DNA of 64,000 nt, from contig JBDTZG010000005.1 of assembly GCA_040005235.1 (NCBI GenBank), positions 32,001 through 96,000 on the forward strand, in the 5' to 3' direction. The DNA comes from Acidobacteriota bacterium. GTDB lineage: Bacteria; Acidobacteriota; Thermoanaerobaculia; Multivoradales; UBA5704. Positions 34,138 to 44,770 of this stretch are shown in pieces (the first letter of the stretch is position 1; each line of letters starts with the position of its first letter). The translations under genes were made by a program, and so were the position numbers. Under the pieces are notes generated by a model, which was given only the letters and a program-made list of their open reading frames with translations, was not told where the DNA came from and made no database searches.

Positions 34138-36999
34138 CTAGCCCCGACGTTTCCGATTCGGCAACTCCAGAAACCGCTCCCCGGCGTCGGGTTCGCCCGA
34201 GGCCGCCAGCACTTCCAGCCGGGCCGCATCGCGCAGTGCGACGGCTGCAGCCAGGTCGTTACCCGTCGGGGAGATCGCCGGCCGGATCGTGACGTGGATC
34301 GGCGTGCGGCGCGGCATCCAGCTTCCTCCGCGGAGGAGGGAGCGGGTGCCGCGAACCGCGACCGGTACGACCGGCGCACCGGTCTCCGCGGCGACGTTGA
34401 AGGCGCCGAGGCGGAAGGCGTGGACGCCCGGAGCGCGGTGAAACGTCCCCTCGGGAAAGATCGCGATCGAATGCCCGGCGCGGATGGCCTCGGCGATCTT
34501 TGCGGTTTCCCCCGCCCCTTGGGACGCGTCGAAACGCTCGACGAACACGGTACCGAGCCGGGCGAGCAGCAGGCGGGGAAACCACGACCCGGAAAGCTCC
34601 CGCTTGGCGGCGAAGGCCACGTCCGGCGGCAGGGCCGCGGTGAGCGCGATCGCGTCGAGATACGACTGGTGGTTTACGACGTAGAGGCGCGGACCGGTGG
34701 GCTTGGCGGTCTCGGCTTCGACCTTGATCGGTACCCCTGCGAGACCGAAACCGATACGAGCGGAGAGCCGGGCGATCTTTCTCCGATTTCTTAAACCCGG
34801 AGCGAGCACCACGGCGAGCCAGACCGGGATCGTGATCAGCGCTCCGACGGTCCAGAACCAGCCGGCCCAGAGGGTCTCGCCAAATCTGCTGAGCGCGCGG
34901 AGGGCGCGCCGCCAAACTCCCGAGGCGGCCAGTCGGGCCATCTGAAGGCCGACGCTCCGGGTTCCGGCGAAGTGCCCCGATTCGTAGATCTCCCGCGCGG
35001 AGGAACGGCGGATCTTGCCGCTCGACGTCTTCGGCACGGTCTGCGGCGGGGCGAGCGCCACGTCGTCGGCGGGGGTGCCGAGCAGCTCGATGGCGCGCTT
35101 TTGGATCTCTTCGCGCAGCCTCTCGCGCTCGGCCGGATCGCGCTCGCGAGTTTCGGCAAGGACGATCACCCGCTCGGTGCCGCTTTTCGGATCGGGGCTT
35201 CCGAACACCGCGACGCAGCCCCGGCGCAGGCCGGGGATTTCGCCCACCGCCTGCTCCAACTCGTGCGGATAAAGGTTGCGACCGGCGCGGAAGATGATGT
35301 CCTTGCTCCGGCCGGTCACGTACAGCTCGCCCGCCGCGAGGTAGCCGAGGTCGCCCGAGTCGAGCCATTCCTGGCCCTGCTGGTTCGCGATCAGGCGGGC
35401 GGTCGCCTCGGGGTTCTCGAAATAGCCGGCGGTGGCGGAAGGGCCGCGAAACTGGACCCGGCCCTGGCGCCGTTCGGGCAGCTCGCGCCCCGCTTCGTCG
35501 GCGATCCGCAGCTCGACGGTCGGCAGCGGCAGGCCGCAGCTGGGAAAACGGAGCGCGCCCGGATCGTCCGGCTTCGCGAGTTGCGCCTTGCCTTCGGAGG
35601 AAAACGTCGCCCGGTCGATCTCGTCGATCGCGGGCGGTCGGCCGAGCGGCGGGAAAGTCACCGCGAGCGAGTTCTCGGCCAAACCGTAGACGGGAAACAT
35701 CGTCTCGGGCCGGAAACCGAAGCGCGCGAACCGCTCGGTGAAACGGCGCATCGTTTCGGGGCTGACCGGCTCGGCGCCGTTCAAAGCTGCGCGCCAGGAG
35801 GAGAGATTGAAGCCCTCGATCTTTTCCAGATCCGCGTCGTCGATCTTGCCCAGGCAAAGCTCGTAGGCGAAGTTCGGAGCGGCGGAGAGCGTCGCGCGAT
35901 GGCGGTGGATCAGCTCCAGCCAACGCACGGGACGCGAGAGGAACGTGAGGGGCGACATCAGCGCCAGCGGCATGGCGAAATAGAGGCTGCCCATCCAGGT
36001 CCCTATCAGACCCATGTCATGGTAGAGCGGCAGCCAGCTCACCACCGCGTCGCCCGGGCCGATGGCGGCGGCCTTGCCGATAGCCCGCAGGTTGGCGAGA
36101 AGGTTCGCGTGAGTGAGCATCACGCCCTTGGGCTGCCCGGTGCTGCCGGAGGTGAACTGGAGGAACGCGAGATCTTCGGACCGGACGTCGATCACCGGGG
36201 CAGGCGCGCCGCGGTCCGCTTCGAGATCGGGAACGGAGACCACCTTCAGGCCGTCCACCTGAAGACCGAGCAGGCGCGCGAGAGGCATCACCTCGGAAAA
36301 CGTGATCAAGGCCTTGGCGCGGGCGGTGACGAGAATGCCCGCTTGGCGGCGAAGGTGGTCCTCGATCTGGCTCTTCCGCGCCGGGGGATAAAGAGGAACC
36401 GGCACGGCGCCCACCCGCAGGACGCCCAGGAATGCGGCGAAATAATCGGTGCCCGAAGGGAGCATCAAAGCGACGGCGGACCGCGGTGCCACTCCCAGCC
36501 GGGCCAAGCCCGCGGCAACTGCCCGCGCGCGCCGGTCGAGCCCGGCGTAGGTCAGCTCCTCGGGCTCGGAGTCTCCGGGATAAAACAGAATGTGCCGCCG
36601 CTCCGGGTGGCGCGCGACATGCCAATCGAGCACTTCGAGCAGCGTGCGGGTCGAATCGGGAGCGACCTCGCCCGCGTTAATTGGGATCTCCACCGACGCC
36701 GCGAAATGCGATTCCGCTCCAGGAGCGCCGCCTGCCGCCCGGCCGATCGCGCCGAGCAAATCGCGCGGCGTTTCGACCGAAGTCAGTACTTCTTCCCCGA
36801 GCCTGACGCCGAACGCTTTCTCGCACCGCCGCAGCAGCTCCACCCGGCCCAACGAATCGAGCCCGAGATCGCGCTCCAGGTTCGAATCGAGGGTGACCGC
36901 CGGCTTTCGTCCGCCGGACGACAGCTCGGCCGCGAGGCGGGCGACCTCATCGAGGAGGAGGGTGGGCGGGGTCAGATTCGGATTTAGCTCGGGGGACAC
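34138..36999 (-). CDS. ACP - fatty acyl-AMP ligase - PlsC-type acyltransferase fusion
   Basis: LGLDSLGRVEL (phosphopantetheine Ser), LQFTSGSTGQPKGV, WLPLYHDMGLIG, YGLAE, PKTSSGKIRR, NHQSYLD and FPEGT. Confidence 0.92.
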   Translation of the reverse strand: MSPELNPNLTPPTLLLDEVARLAAELSSGGRKPAVTLDSNLERDLGLDSLGRVELLRRCEKAFGVRLGEEVLTSVETPRDLLGAIGRAAGGAPGAESHFAASVEIPINAGEVAPDSTRTLLEVLDWHVARHPERRHILFYPGDSEPEELTYAGLDRRARAVAAGLARLGVAPRSAVALMLPSGTDYFAAFLGVLRVGAVPVPLYPPARKSQIEDHLRRQAGILVTARAKALITFSEVMPLARLLGLQVDGLKVVSVPDLEADRGAPAPVIDVRSEDLAFLQFTSGSTGQPKGVMLTHANLLANLRAIGKAAAIGPGDAVVSWLPLYHDMGLIGTWMGSLYFAMPLALMSPLTFLSRPVRWLELIHRHRATLSAAPNFAYELCLGKIDDADLEKIEGFNLSSWRAALNGAEPVSPETMRRFTERFARFGFRPETMFPVYGLAENSLAVTFPPLGRPPAIDEIDRATFSSEGKAQLAKPDDPGALRFPSCGLPLPTVELRIADEAGRELPERRQGRVQFRGPSATAGYFENPEATARLIANQQGQEWLDSGDLGYLAAGELYVTGRSKDIIFRAGRNLYPHELEQAVGEIPGLRRGCVAVFGSPDPKSGTERVIVLAETRERDPAERERLREEIQKRAIELLGTPADDVALAPPQTVPKTSSGKIRRSSAREIYESGHFAGTRSVGLQMARLAASGVWRRALRALSRFGETLWAGWFWTVGALITIPVWLAVVLAPGLRNRRKIARLSARIGFGLAGVPIKVEAETAKPTGPRLYVVNHQSYLDAIALTAALPPDVAFAAKRELSGSWFPRLLLARLGTVFVERFDASQGAGETAKIAEAIRAGHSIAIFPEGTFHRAPGVHAFRLGAFNVAAETGAPVVPVAVRGTRSLLRGGSWMPRRTPIHVTIRPAISPTGNDLAAAVALRDAARLEVLAASGEPDAGERFLELPNRKRRG

Positions 37000-37031
37000 G
37001 TGACCTTGCTCAGACCCGGGTCCGGACGCCA

Positions 37032-37244
37032 CTAGGCGGCGATCTCGACGTACTCGACCTGACTTGCCGGAGCCGGCACCGGCAGGCCGTCCTCGCGAAG
37101 GCCTTCGAGATGGAACACGATCGCGTCGCGGATCTCCGCTTCCACCTCGGTGAGGGTGGCGCCCGTGGCGATACAACCGGGTAGATCGGGCACGTAGGCC
37201 GAGTAGTTGCCCGGAGCCTTCTCGATCACGATCGCGTAGCGCAT
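37032..37244 (-). CDS. hicB: HicB-family antitoxin
   Basis: YAIVIEK...YSAYVPDLPGCIATG.T..E.....RDAI.FHLEGL. Confidence 0.92.
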   Translation of the reverse strand: MRYAIVIEKAPGNYSAYVPDLPGCIATGATLTEVEAEIRDAIVFHLEGLREDGLPVPAPASQVEYVEIAA

Positions 37245-37254
37245 TGGAATCTCC

Positions 37255-37440
37255 TCACTTCAGACCCGCTTGCTTGAGGATACTGTTCAAGGTGCCCGGT
37301 GCCAAGTCGTCGCTTGGCTTGCCGGGAACCGTGACCCGGCCCGGTCTGCCCGCGTGTTTGAACTGGCGATGGCTTCCGCGGGTAGCGACGAGATACCAAC
37401 CGTCGGATTGTAGCCTACGGAGAATTTCGCCGACTTTCAC
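37255..37440 (-). CDS. hicA: HicA-family toxin
   Basis: L..DGW...RGSHRQFKH..PGRVTVP....DL..GTLNSILKQAGL. Confidence 0.93.
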   Translation of the reverse strand: MKVGEILRRLQSDGWYLVATRGSHRQFKHAGRPGRVTVPGKPSDDLAPGTLNSILKQAGLK

Positions 37441-38219
37441 CCTGAAATAATATCAGGCATCCTTGCAGCACCGGAGCGCGCGGAGAGCCGCATCCGCCGC
37501 AGCTCGGCCAAGCGCTTCCGCCGCTTCCACCCCACCACCAGCCTCGGCACGAAGATCATCGCGGCCAACGCGGCGAGGGCTAGCGCCATCCGGGTGAGGA
37601 CCGCTTGGCGCTCTCCTCCTACGGCGTGGGAGAGCTCGGAGGCGAACCAGGTGTAGAGCACAATCGGTGGGGCTATGCCGATCGCGGTGGAGAGGAGAAA
37701 GGTGGCGGGGCGGACGCCCACGAGCGCCGCGGCGTAGTTCAGCACGGTGAACGGGAAGGGCAGGAACCGGAGGCCGACGAGGCCCCAGAAGCCGCCGCGG
37801 GCGATGCGTTTTTCGAGCCTCTTGAGGCGGTGGCCTCCGAGTTGTTCGATGAAGCCGCGGCCGAGCGAATGGCCGAGCAGGAACGTGATCGAGCCGCCGA
37901 CGAACACGCCGATGAAATTCAGCAGCGATCCCCACCAGGCGCCGAACACGACGCCCCCTGCGAGCATCAGGGGGGAGGCCGGAACGCCGAAGGGCAGGAG
38001 GACGATGCAGGCGCCGACGAAGGCGAACGGTGCCCAAGGCTTGCCGCGCAGGTCGGCGAGCAGCGCCTCAAGCGCCGGGCCGGTCAGATGGTCGCGCAGC
38101 GGGGTGAAGCGGATCGCCGCGAAACCGGCGACCACGATCGCTCCGAGCGCCAGGAACTTGAGTAGGTGCTTCCGGCGGGATTCGCGCGGAGCTGCATCGA
38201 GAGCCGGATCGTTCGACAT
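37437..38219 (-). CDS. TVP38/TMEM64 (VTT/DedA) membrane protein
   Basis: PASPLMLAGGVVFG.WWG, LRFLP.PFTVLNYAAAL and GIAP motifs. Confidence 0.88.
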   Translation of the reverse strand: MSNDPALDAAPRESRRKHLLKFLALGAIVVAGFAAIRFTPLRDHLTGPALEALLADLRGKPWAPFAFVGACIVLLPFGVPASPLMLAGGVVFGAWWGSLLNFIGVFVGGSITFLLGHSLGRGFIEQLGGHRLKRLEKRIARGGFWGLVGLRFLPFPFTVLNYAAALVGVRPATFLLSTAIGIAPPIVLYTWFASELSHAVGGERQAVLTRMALALAALAAMIFVPRLVVGWKRRKRLAELRRMRLSARSGAARMPDIISG

Positions 38220-38247
38220 TCTGTGGGGGAGCCCCGCCCGTCGGGAA

Positions 38248-38538
38248 TCAGCCGACCCGGCCGCTTTCGGTCAGGCCGTCGAGCGCTTCGGGCGCGTCGT
38301 CGGCGCCCTCCCAAAGAAAGAAGCGGCGCATCTGCTTTTCGAGCGTCTCCTGCGACTTGGGGTCCATGAAGTTCAGGCGCAGCTCGTTGATCACCATGAC
38401 CTCCATGTTCTGCCAGGCGGTCCAGCAATCGGCGCAGACGCGCTGCTGGATTTCCTTGCCCATCGGGCCGGGCAGGGGGGCGCGAGGGAGGGCCGGGGCG
38501 TCGGGGAGGCCGCAGCGCGAGCAGGTAACGGTCGTCAT
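38248..38538 (-). CDS. Fe(II)-trafficking / oxidative damage protection protein (YggX-like)
   Basis: P.PGPMGKEIQQRVC..CW..W......INELRLN..DP.....L...M..F. Confidence 0.85.
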   Translation of the reverse strand: MTTVTCSRCGLPDAPALPRAPLPGPMGKEIQQRVCADCWTAWQNMEVMVINELRLNFMDPKSQETLEKQMRRFFLWEGADDAPEALDGLTESGRVG

Positions 38539-38551
38539 CTCGGGTTCCTCT

Positions 38552-39505
38552 TTAGCTCTTGGCGCTCTGTCGGTCGAGGGCCTGGCGGAAATAGGCGATC
38601 GTCCGTTCGAGGCCTGGATCGAGATCCACTTTGGGCTCCCAGCCGAGGAGAGTGCGGGCGAGCGTGATGTCCGGCTGGCGGGTCTTCGGATCGTCTTCCG
38701 GCAGCGGCTCGAAGACGATCGGGGAGTCCGAGCCGGTGAGCGCTTTGATCCGTTCGGCGAATTGCAAAATCGTCATCTCGTGCGGGTTGCCGATGTTGAC
38801 GGGGGTTTTCGCGTCCGACTGGAGCAGCCGGTAGATGCCGTCGATCAGGTCTTCGACGAAGCAGAACGACCGCGTCTGGCCGCCGTCGCCGTAGACCGTG
38901 AGCGGCTTGCCCAAGAGCGCCTGCGACATGAAGTTCGGCACCACCCGGCCGTCGCGCAACCGCATGCGCGGGCCGTAGGTGTTGAAGATCCGGACGATCC
39001 GGACCTCCAGCCCATGGACCCGGTGGTAGGCCATGGCCATCGCCTCGGCGAAGCGCTTGGCTTCGTCGTAGACGCCTCTAGGTCCGATCGGATTGACGTT
39101 GCCCCAATAGGTCTCGGGCTGGGGGTGGATCAGCGGATCGCCGTAGACTTCGGAGGTCGAGGCGAGCAGGAATCGCGCGCTTTTCGCCTTGGCTAGACCC
39201 AGCGCGTTGTGGGTTCCGAGAGAGCCCACCTTGAGCGTCTGGATCGGCAGCTCCAGGTAATCGATCGGGCTCGCGGGCGAGGCGAAATGGAGCACGTAAT
39301 CGACTTCGCCGTCGATCTCGAACGGTCGCGTCACGTCGTGCTCGACGAACGAGAACGCCGGATGGTCCACCAGATGCGCGAGGTTGTCGCGGCTGCCGGT
39401 GAGCAGGTTGTCGACCGCCGTGACGCGGTGCCCCTCGGCGAGCAGGCGCTCGCAAAGATGGGAGCCGAGGAAGCCGGCGCCTCCGGTGACGACCGCTCGC
39501 TTCAT
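38552..39505 (-). CDS. UDP-glucuronate decarboxylase (UDP-xylose synthase family)
   Basis: [48 protein letters not shown]. Confidence 0.92.
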   Translation of the reverse strand: MKRAVVTGGAGFLGSHLCERLLAEGHRVTAVDNLLTGSRDNLAHLVDHPAFSFVEHDVTRPFEIDGEVDYVLHFASPASPIDYLELPIQTLKVGSLGTHNALGLAKAKSARFLLASTSEVYGDPLIHPQPETYWGNVNPIGPRGVYDEAKRFAEAMAMAYHRVHGLEVRIVRIFNTYGPRMRLRDGRVVPNFMSQALLGKPLTVYGDGGQTRSFCFVEDLIDGIYRLLQSDAKTPVNIGNPHEMTILQFAERIKALTGSDSPIVFEPLPEDDPKTRQPDITLARTLLGWEPKVDLDPGLERTIAYFRQALDRQSAKS

Positions 39506-40842
39506 GCTTTCTCTCCCGCCGGACGCAAGGTCGCCCGGCCGTCGGGCCGGCCGATCGAAATGTAGTCGAACCCGGCTTCGGCCATCTTGTCCGGCTCATA
39601 GAGGTTGCGTAGGTCGATGATCAACGGCGTCTTCACCAGGCCGCGCAGCCGCTCCAGCTCCAGCTTGCGGAACGGATTCCACTCGGTAAGGATGATCACC
39701 GCATCGGCGCCGGTCGCCGCCTCGTAGGCGTTGTCGCAGAACGTCGCCTCGGGGAGGATCGGCCGGCAGCCGTCCATCGCCGCGGGATCGAACGTCCGGA
39801 TGTGTGCCCCTTGATCGATCAATGCGCGGACGACGGGTAAGGCGGGCGACTCGCGAATGTCGTCGGTGTTCGGCTTGAACGCGAGGCCGAGCACCGCGAG
39901 GGTCTTGCCCGCAATCGTTCCCAGCTCGTGGGTGATCTTCTCGACCATTCTTCCTTGAGTCTCGACGTTCACCGCGAGGACGGCCTCGATGATCCGGAAC
40001 TCGCGGCCGTGATCGCGGGCGATCTGCGCCACGGCGCGGGTATCTTTGGGGAAGCAGGAGCCGCCGAAGCCGGGGCCGGCGTGGAGGAATTTCGGGCCGA
40101 TCCGGTTATCGAGGCCCATGCCCCGGGCGACCACCTCGACGTTGGCTCCGAGCGCCTCGCAGAGCACCGCGATCTCGTTGATGAACGAGATCTTGGTCGC
40201 CAAGAAACCGTTGCTCGCGTACTTGATCAGCTCGGCGCTCTCGACGTCGGTGATCACGAACGGCACGTCGGCCGCGTGGAGCGGCGAGTAGACGTCGAGC
40301 ATCATCTCGATCGCCCGCGGATCGCGGGTGCCGATCACCACGCGGTCGGGCTGCATGAAGTCTTCGATCGCCGAGCCTTCGCGCAGGAATTCGGGGTTGC
40401 TCACCACGGCGAACGGATGGCGCTCGCCGGAGCCGGTGCGGACGATCTCCTCGATCATCTTGCCGGTGCCGATCGGAACCGTGCTCTTGGTGACCACGAC
40501 CTTGTAGCCGTTCAAGTGTTGGCCGATCGAGGTGGCGACCTCGCGGATGAACGTCAGATCGGCCGACCCGTCGGGCAGCGGCGGCGTGCCGACCGCGATG
40601 AAGATCACCTGCGCGGCTTGGATCGCCGGGGCGAGATCGGTCGTAAAGCGGAGGCGCCCTTCCGCCATGTTCTTCTGCACGATGGTTTCAAGACCCGGTT
40701 CGTAGATCGGCACTCTGCCGCCGGTGAGCATCGTGACTTTTGCGGCGTCCTTGTCGACGCCCACTACGTTCATGCCGAAATCGGCCAGGCACGCTCCGGT
40801 GACCAGGCCGACATAGCCGCTACCCACGACACAGACGTTCAT
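39502..40842 (-). CDS. ugd: UDP-glucose 6-dehydrogenase
   Basis: [47 protein letters not shown]. Confidence 0.95.
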   Translation of the reverse strand: MNVCVVGSGYVGLVTGACLADFGMNVVGVDKDAAKVTMLTGGRVPIYEPGLETIVQKNMAEGRLRFTTDLAPAIQAAQVIFIAVGTPPLPDGSADLTFIREVATSIGQHLNGYKVVVTKSTVPIGTGKMIEEIVRTGSGERHPFAVVSNPEFLREGSAIEDFMQPDRVVIGTRDPRAIEMMLDVYSPLHAADVPFVITDVESAELIKYASNGFLATKISFINEIAVLCEALGANVEVVARGMGLDNRIGPKFLHAGPGFGGSCFPKDTRAVAQIARDHGREFRIIEAVLAVNVETQGRMVEKITHELGTIAGKTLAVLGLAFKPNTDDIRESPALPVVRALIDQGAHIRTFDPAAMDGCRPILPEATFCDNAYEAATGADAVIILTEWNPFRKLELERLRGLVKTPLIIDLRNLYEPDKMAEAGFDYISIGRPDGRATLRPAGEKA

Positions 40843-40885
40843 CGTTTAGAAGCTCGCTCGGAAGAGGTGAAAACTGGGATCGAGG

Positions 40886-41911
40886 TCATTTCCCCGCGCG
40901 TAGGGCCTCGTGCGCGCCTCGCGCTCTCTGCGATTGTCGCTCTCGATACCAGTATACGAAGCGGCGGAGACCTTCGCGGATCGGAACCTTGGGCGCGTAG
41001 CCCAAGATCTTGCCGGCTTTCGTGACGTCGGCGTAGGTGATCGGGACGTCGCCGGGTTGGTCGGGAAGATACTCGATGCGCGGTTCGACGACAAGCTCCT
41101 CGGCGAGCCACCGGACCAGGTCGGCGAGCGCCGTGGTCTCCGCGCCGCCGAGATTCAGGATCTCGAAACCCGGCGCGGCATCCAGCGTCGCTTCCAGGCC
41201 GTCGACGATGTCGTCGACGAAAGTGTAATCCCGCCGGGTCTGGCCGTCGCCGTAAAGCGGAATCGTGGCGCCCCGGGCGAGCAGATCGGTGAACTTGTGG
41301 ATCGCCATCTCCGGCCGCTGCGCCGGGCCGTAGACTGTGAAGAAACGCAGGCAAGTAGCGCGGAAACCGTAAAGGTGATGGTAGTTGTAGCAGAGCAGCT
41401 CGCCCGCGCGTTTGGTCGTGGCGTAGGGACTGATCGGCTGGTTCACCTCGTCGGATTCGGCAAACGGCACCTTCTTGTTGATGCCGTAGACCGACGAGGA
41501 CGAGCCGAACAGGAAGACGTTCGGGCCATGGCGGCGCGCCGCTTCGAGCAGCCGGAGCGTGCCGATGCAGTTGACGTCTTCGTAGAGGATCGGCTCGGAA
41601 AGACTCGGGCGCACTCCGGCGCGCGCCGCGAGATGGACCACGGCGTCGAATTTCCGCCGTTCGGCATCGAGCTCGCCCGAAAACAGGCGATCGACGCGCG
41701 CCTCGTCGCGAATGTCCCCTTCGATCAGGGCGAAACCCTCGGCTCCCGGGGAGGCGAGAATCTTCTCGACGTTCTCGCGCTTCCGCGCCGGGTCGTAGAA
41801 GTCGTTGAAGTCATCGTACGCGGTCACCCGGTCGCCGCGGCCGAGCAGGCGGCGGGTGAGATGCGATCCGATGAAGCCGGCGCCGCCGGTCACCAGGACG
41901 TGCTGGGACAT
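40886..41911 (-). CDS. NAD-dependent epimerase (UDP-glucuronate 4-epimerase-like)
   Basis: TGGAGFIGS, HLAARAGVRPS, SSSSVYG, PISPYATTK, RFFTVYGP.QRPEMA. Confidence 0.9.
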   Translation of the reverse strand: MSQHVLVTGGAGFIGSHLTRRLLGRGDRVTAYDDFNDFYDPARKRENVEKILASPGAEGFALIEGDIRDEARVDRLFSGELDAERRKFDAVVHLAARAGVRPSLSEPILYEDVNCIGTLRLLEAARRHGPNVFLFGSSSSVYGINKKVPFAESDEVNQPISPYATTKRAGELLCYNYHHLYGFRATCLRFFTVYGPAQRPEMAIHKFTDLLARGATIPLYGDGQTRRDYTFVDDIVDGLEATLDAAPGFEILNLGGAETTALADLVRWLAEELVVEPRIEYLPDQPGDVPITYADVTKAGKILGYAPKVPIREGLRRFVYWYRERQSQRARGAHEALRAGK

Positions 41912-41917
41912 GCTGGA

Positions 41918-43261
41918 TTACTCCTCTCGCGGGCCGCTCGGCGGCGGGGGCCCGGGATTGTCCTCTGGGGGCGCGGGGGGCACCGAAGGGGGCGGGGCGG
42001 GCGAAGTTAAGGTTTCCGGCTCCGAAGTGGCTGGAGGGGTCGGGGGGGCCACTGGAGTCTCCGGGTCTTTCGGGGCTTCCGGGGCTTTTTGGGCGTCGTC
42101 GTACCGCTTCTTGATGCCCGCCTTTTGGCGGTTGCGGATCAGCCAGCGGAGCAGTTTCGAATCCTCGACGCCGATCACGATGTCGTTGACCGCATCGTAG
42201 ATCTGCGGGTCGTTGATCAATTTCGCCGCCGTGCCCTCCCCGTGGGACAAGCGTTGGGAAACCTCGTTCAACTGTTCGACCAGAGACGACAGATCGGCCG
42301 TCACCTTGCGCCCGTACTCCTCGTCCTTGAGCAATTTGGGCACCAGCGCGTCGCTCTGGTCGAGTCCGCCGGTGAAGCGCTCGACGTTTTGGGAAGCGGC
42401 CCGGAGCGACGCCAGCGTTTCGTCGAATTTCTGTTTTGCCGCCGGATCGTTCAACAGGCCGGGCAGCAGGCCGGGTCCCCCTTCGGCGGTGGCGAGAATC
42501 CGCTCGAAGCGATCAAGCGAGGTGGCGAGCCGGTTGGCCATCTGCCTGTCGTTGAGCAACCGGGGAAGGGGACCCTCGCCGGAATCCAGCCGGTTGGCGA
42601 TCCGCTCGGTGGTCTCGAACGTGCCGACCATCGATTCGCGCAGCCGTTTGCCCGTCGGCGACTCCGACGTCAGCTCGCCGAGGAGTCCCTCGCCGCGCTC
42701 CATGCGCGCCAGGATGGTCGAGAGCGAATGGGAGATCTCCACCACGTTGCCCATCACGTCCTCACCGGATGCGACCAGGGCATCGACGCTGGTCAATTGG
42801 CCGGAGGGGATTTTTCCCTCGGCTTCGACCCTCGGGTAGGGGGCGGAGCCGGAAGTCAGCTCGATGTATTTGTCGCCCAACAGCCCGAGCGTCTTGATCC
42901 GCGCCTCCGAGTAGGGCAGATCGCCTTGCGGTCCAAGCAAGGGTTTGCCGTCGGCCGATGCGCGAATCCGGTCTTCGTAGCTGCGATCGACCTCGATCCA
43001 CACGCGGATGTCTTCGACCGCGGGATCGCGCGGCAGGACGATCTTATGGACCTGGCCCACCCCCACGCCGTTCAACTGCACGGGGTTGCCCGGCTTGAGC
43101 CCCGAGACCGTGCGGAGATCGATGTAGTAGCTGTTCTTGCGTTCGAACAGGCTGCGCCGGTCGCCGATCAGGAGAACCCCGACGCCCAGAATCGCGACGC
43201 TCGCGAGCAAGAGGGCTCCTACCCGGACTGCGGTGCTCTGGTTGTGGCTCTCATGCGGCAT
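41918..43261 (-). CDS. mlaD: MlaD/MCE-family protein
   Basis: N-terminal TM, SGLKPGNPVQLNGV.VGQV, IKTLGLLGDKYIEL. Confidence 0.9.
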   Translation of the reverse strand: MPHESHNQSTAVRVGALLLASVAILGVGVLLIGDRRSLFERKNSYYIDLRTVSGLKPGNPVQLNGVGVGQVHKIVLPRDPAVEDIRVWIEVDRSYEDRIRASADGKPLLGPQGDLPYSEARIKTLGLLGDKYIELTSGSAPYPRVEAEGKIPSGQLTSVDALVASGEDVMGNVVEISHSLSTILARMERGEGLLGELTSESPTGKRLRESMVGTFETTERIANRLDSGEGPLPRLLNDRQMANRLATSLDRFERILATAEGGPGLLPGLLNDPAAKQKFDETLASLRAASQNVERFTGGLDQSDALVPKLLKDEEYGRKVTADLSSLVEQLNEVSQRLSHGEGTAAKLINDPQIYDAVNDIVIGVEDSKLLRWLIRNRQKAGIKKRYDDAQKAPEAPKDPETPVAPPTPPATSEPETLTSPAPPPSVPPAPPEDNPGPPPPSGPREE

Positions 43262-44006
43262 GGGCGATCTCCTCGCGTCCGGTGAGAAAATCCGCGAGGG
43301 TGCGCGGACCGGAAGCGTCGGCTTCCTGCCAATCGCCGAGGAAAACGAATCGGCCCTCGTCCAGGAAGGCCAGACGGTCGCCGATTCGGCGCGCGAGCGC
43401 GACGTCGTGGGTCACCACCACCGAGGTCACGCCAAGTTCCTCTTGGATCGAGTGGATCAACCGTCCGATCGTCGCCGAAGTGATGGGATCGAGGCCGGTG
43501 GTCGGCTCGTCGAACAGCATCGCTTCCGGATCGAGCGCCAGCGAACGGGCGAGCGCGGCGCGTTTCTTCATTCCTCCGGAGAGCTCCGACGGCATTTTTT
43601 CTTCGATCCCCTCAAGACCGACCAGCGCGAGCTTGGCCTGCACCGTCGTCTCGATCTCCCCCTCGGAGAGCGAGGTGTGCTCGCGCAACGGGAAGGCGAC
43701 GTTGTCGAAAATGTCCATCGAGTCGAACAGCGCGCCGCCTTGAAACAGCATGCCGATCCGCCTCCGGATGGGAAACAGCTCGCGCTCGGAGAGTCCTGAG
43801 ACTTGGAGGCCGTCGAAACGGACCTCGCCGGCATCGGGCGGTTCGAGGCCGTTCAGCTGGCGCAGCGTCACGCTCTTGCCGCTGCCCGACCGGCCGAGGA
43901 TGACCAGGCATTCGCCGCGTCGGACGTCGAAGTCGATTCCGGCGAGGATTTTGCGGTCGCCATAGGACTTCTCGAGGCCGCGGATTTCGAACAGTGCGTC
44001 GGTCAC
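43251..44006 (-). CDS. mlaF: MlaF/Mkl ABC ATPase
   Basis: GRSGSGKS, LFQGGALFDSM, ELSGGMKKR, LFDEPTTGLDP. Confidence 0.92.
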   Translation of the reverse strand: MTDALFEIRGLEKSYGDRKILAGIDFDVRRGECLVILGRSGSGKSVTLRQLNGLEPPDAGEVRFDGLQVSGLSERELFPIRRRIGMLFQGGALFDSMDIFDNVAFPLREHTSLSEGEIETTVQAKLALVGLEGIEEKMPSELSGGMKKRAALARSLALDPEAMLFDEPTTGLDPITSATIGRLIHSIQEELGVTSVVVTHDVALARRIGDRLAFLDEGRFVFLGDWQEADASGPRTLADFLTGREEIAHAA

Positions 44007-44017
44007 CGGAGCTCGCG

Positions 44018-44770
44018 TCAGGTCAGGAGATAGAAAAGCTTGGTCAGGATCGTGTCGGAAACCAGGACGAGGATCGAAGAAAGGACGACCGTGTTGGTGG
44101 TCGCGCGACCGACGCCGTCGGCCCCGCCCTTCGAGGTAAGCCCATTGTAACAGCCGATGATCGCGATGAAATAGGCGAAGAAGAACGTCTTGCCGACGCC
44201 CGAACAGACGTCGCCCAAGGTGAGCGAGTCGAACACGTCGTTCAGATAGAAACCCGGGGCCAGTCCCAGCTGGAGAACGGCGACCAGCAAGCCGCCGAGA
44301 ATGCCCAGCGCGTCGCCCAGAATAGTGAGCGCGGGAAGCATGATCAACGTCGCCACGAGCTTCGGCACGACCAGCTTTTTGACCGGATCGACCGCCATGC
44401 CGCGCAGGGCGTCGATCTGCTCGGTCACTTTCATGGTGCCCAGCTCGGCGGTCATCCCGGCGCCGATCCGGCCGCCGACGATCAACGCGGTCAGCACCGG
44501 CCCCAGCTCGCGAACCAGCGATTTTGAGACCACGGCGCCCATGTAGTATTTGACGCCGATCGCGGGCAGGCTGAATGCGGTTTGCAGAGCGAGCACCATC
44601 CCGGTGAAGACGGTGGTGACCCCTGCCACCCCGAGCGAGCGGACACCGATTTGATCCATCTGGCCCAGCCAGAGACCCTTCTCGTACGGCGGCGCGATCA
44701 TGCCGCGGAACGCCCGGGCGGCGAGGATGCCGAGGTTTCCCGCCTCTTCTAGGTTGTGACGAAGATTCAC
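44018..44770 (-). CDS. mlaE: MlaE ABC permease
   Basis: VRELGPVLTAL...GRIGAGMTAELGTMKVTEQIDAL, GGADGVGRATT. Confidence 0.93.
   Translation of the reverse strand: MNLRHNLEEAGNLGILAARAFRGMIAPPYEKGLWLGQMDQIGVRSLGVAGVTTVFTGMVLALQTAFSLPAIGVKYYMGAVVSKSLVRELGPVLTALIVGGRIGAGMTAELGTMKVTEQIDALRGMAVDPVKKLVVPKLVATLIMLPALTILGDALGILGGLLVAVLQLGLAPGFYLNDVFDSLTLGDVCSGVGKTFFFAYFIAIIGCYNGLTSKGGADGVGRATTNTVVLSSILVLVSDTILTKLFYLLT

Noticed and set aside
33436-34312. Diversity-generating retroelement TR/VR pair
   Set aside because: Differences are mostly synonymous and not adenine-specific; no reverse transcriptase in the window.
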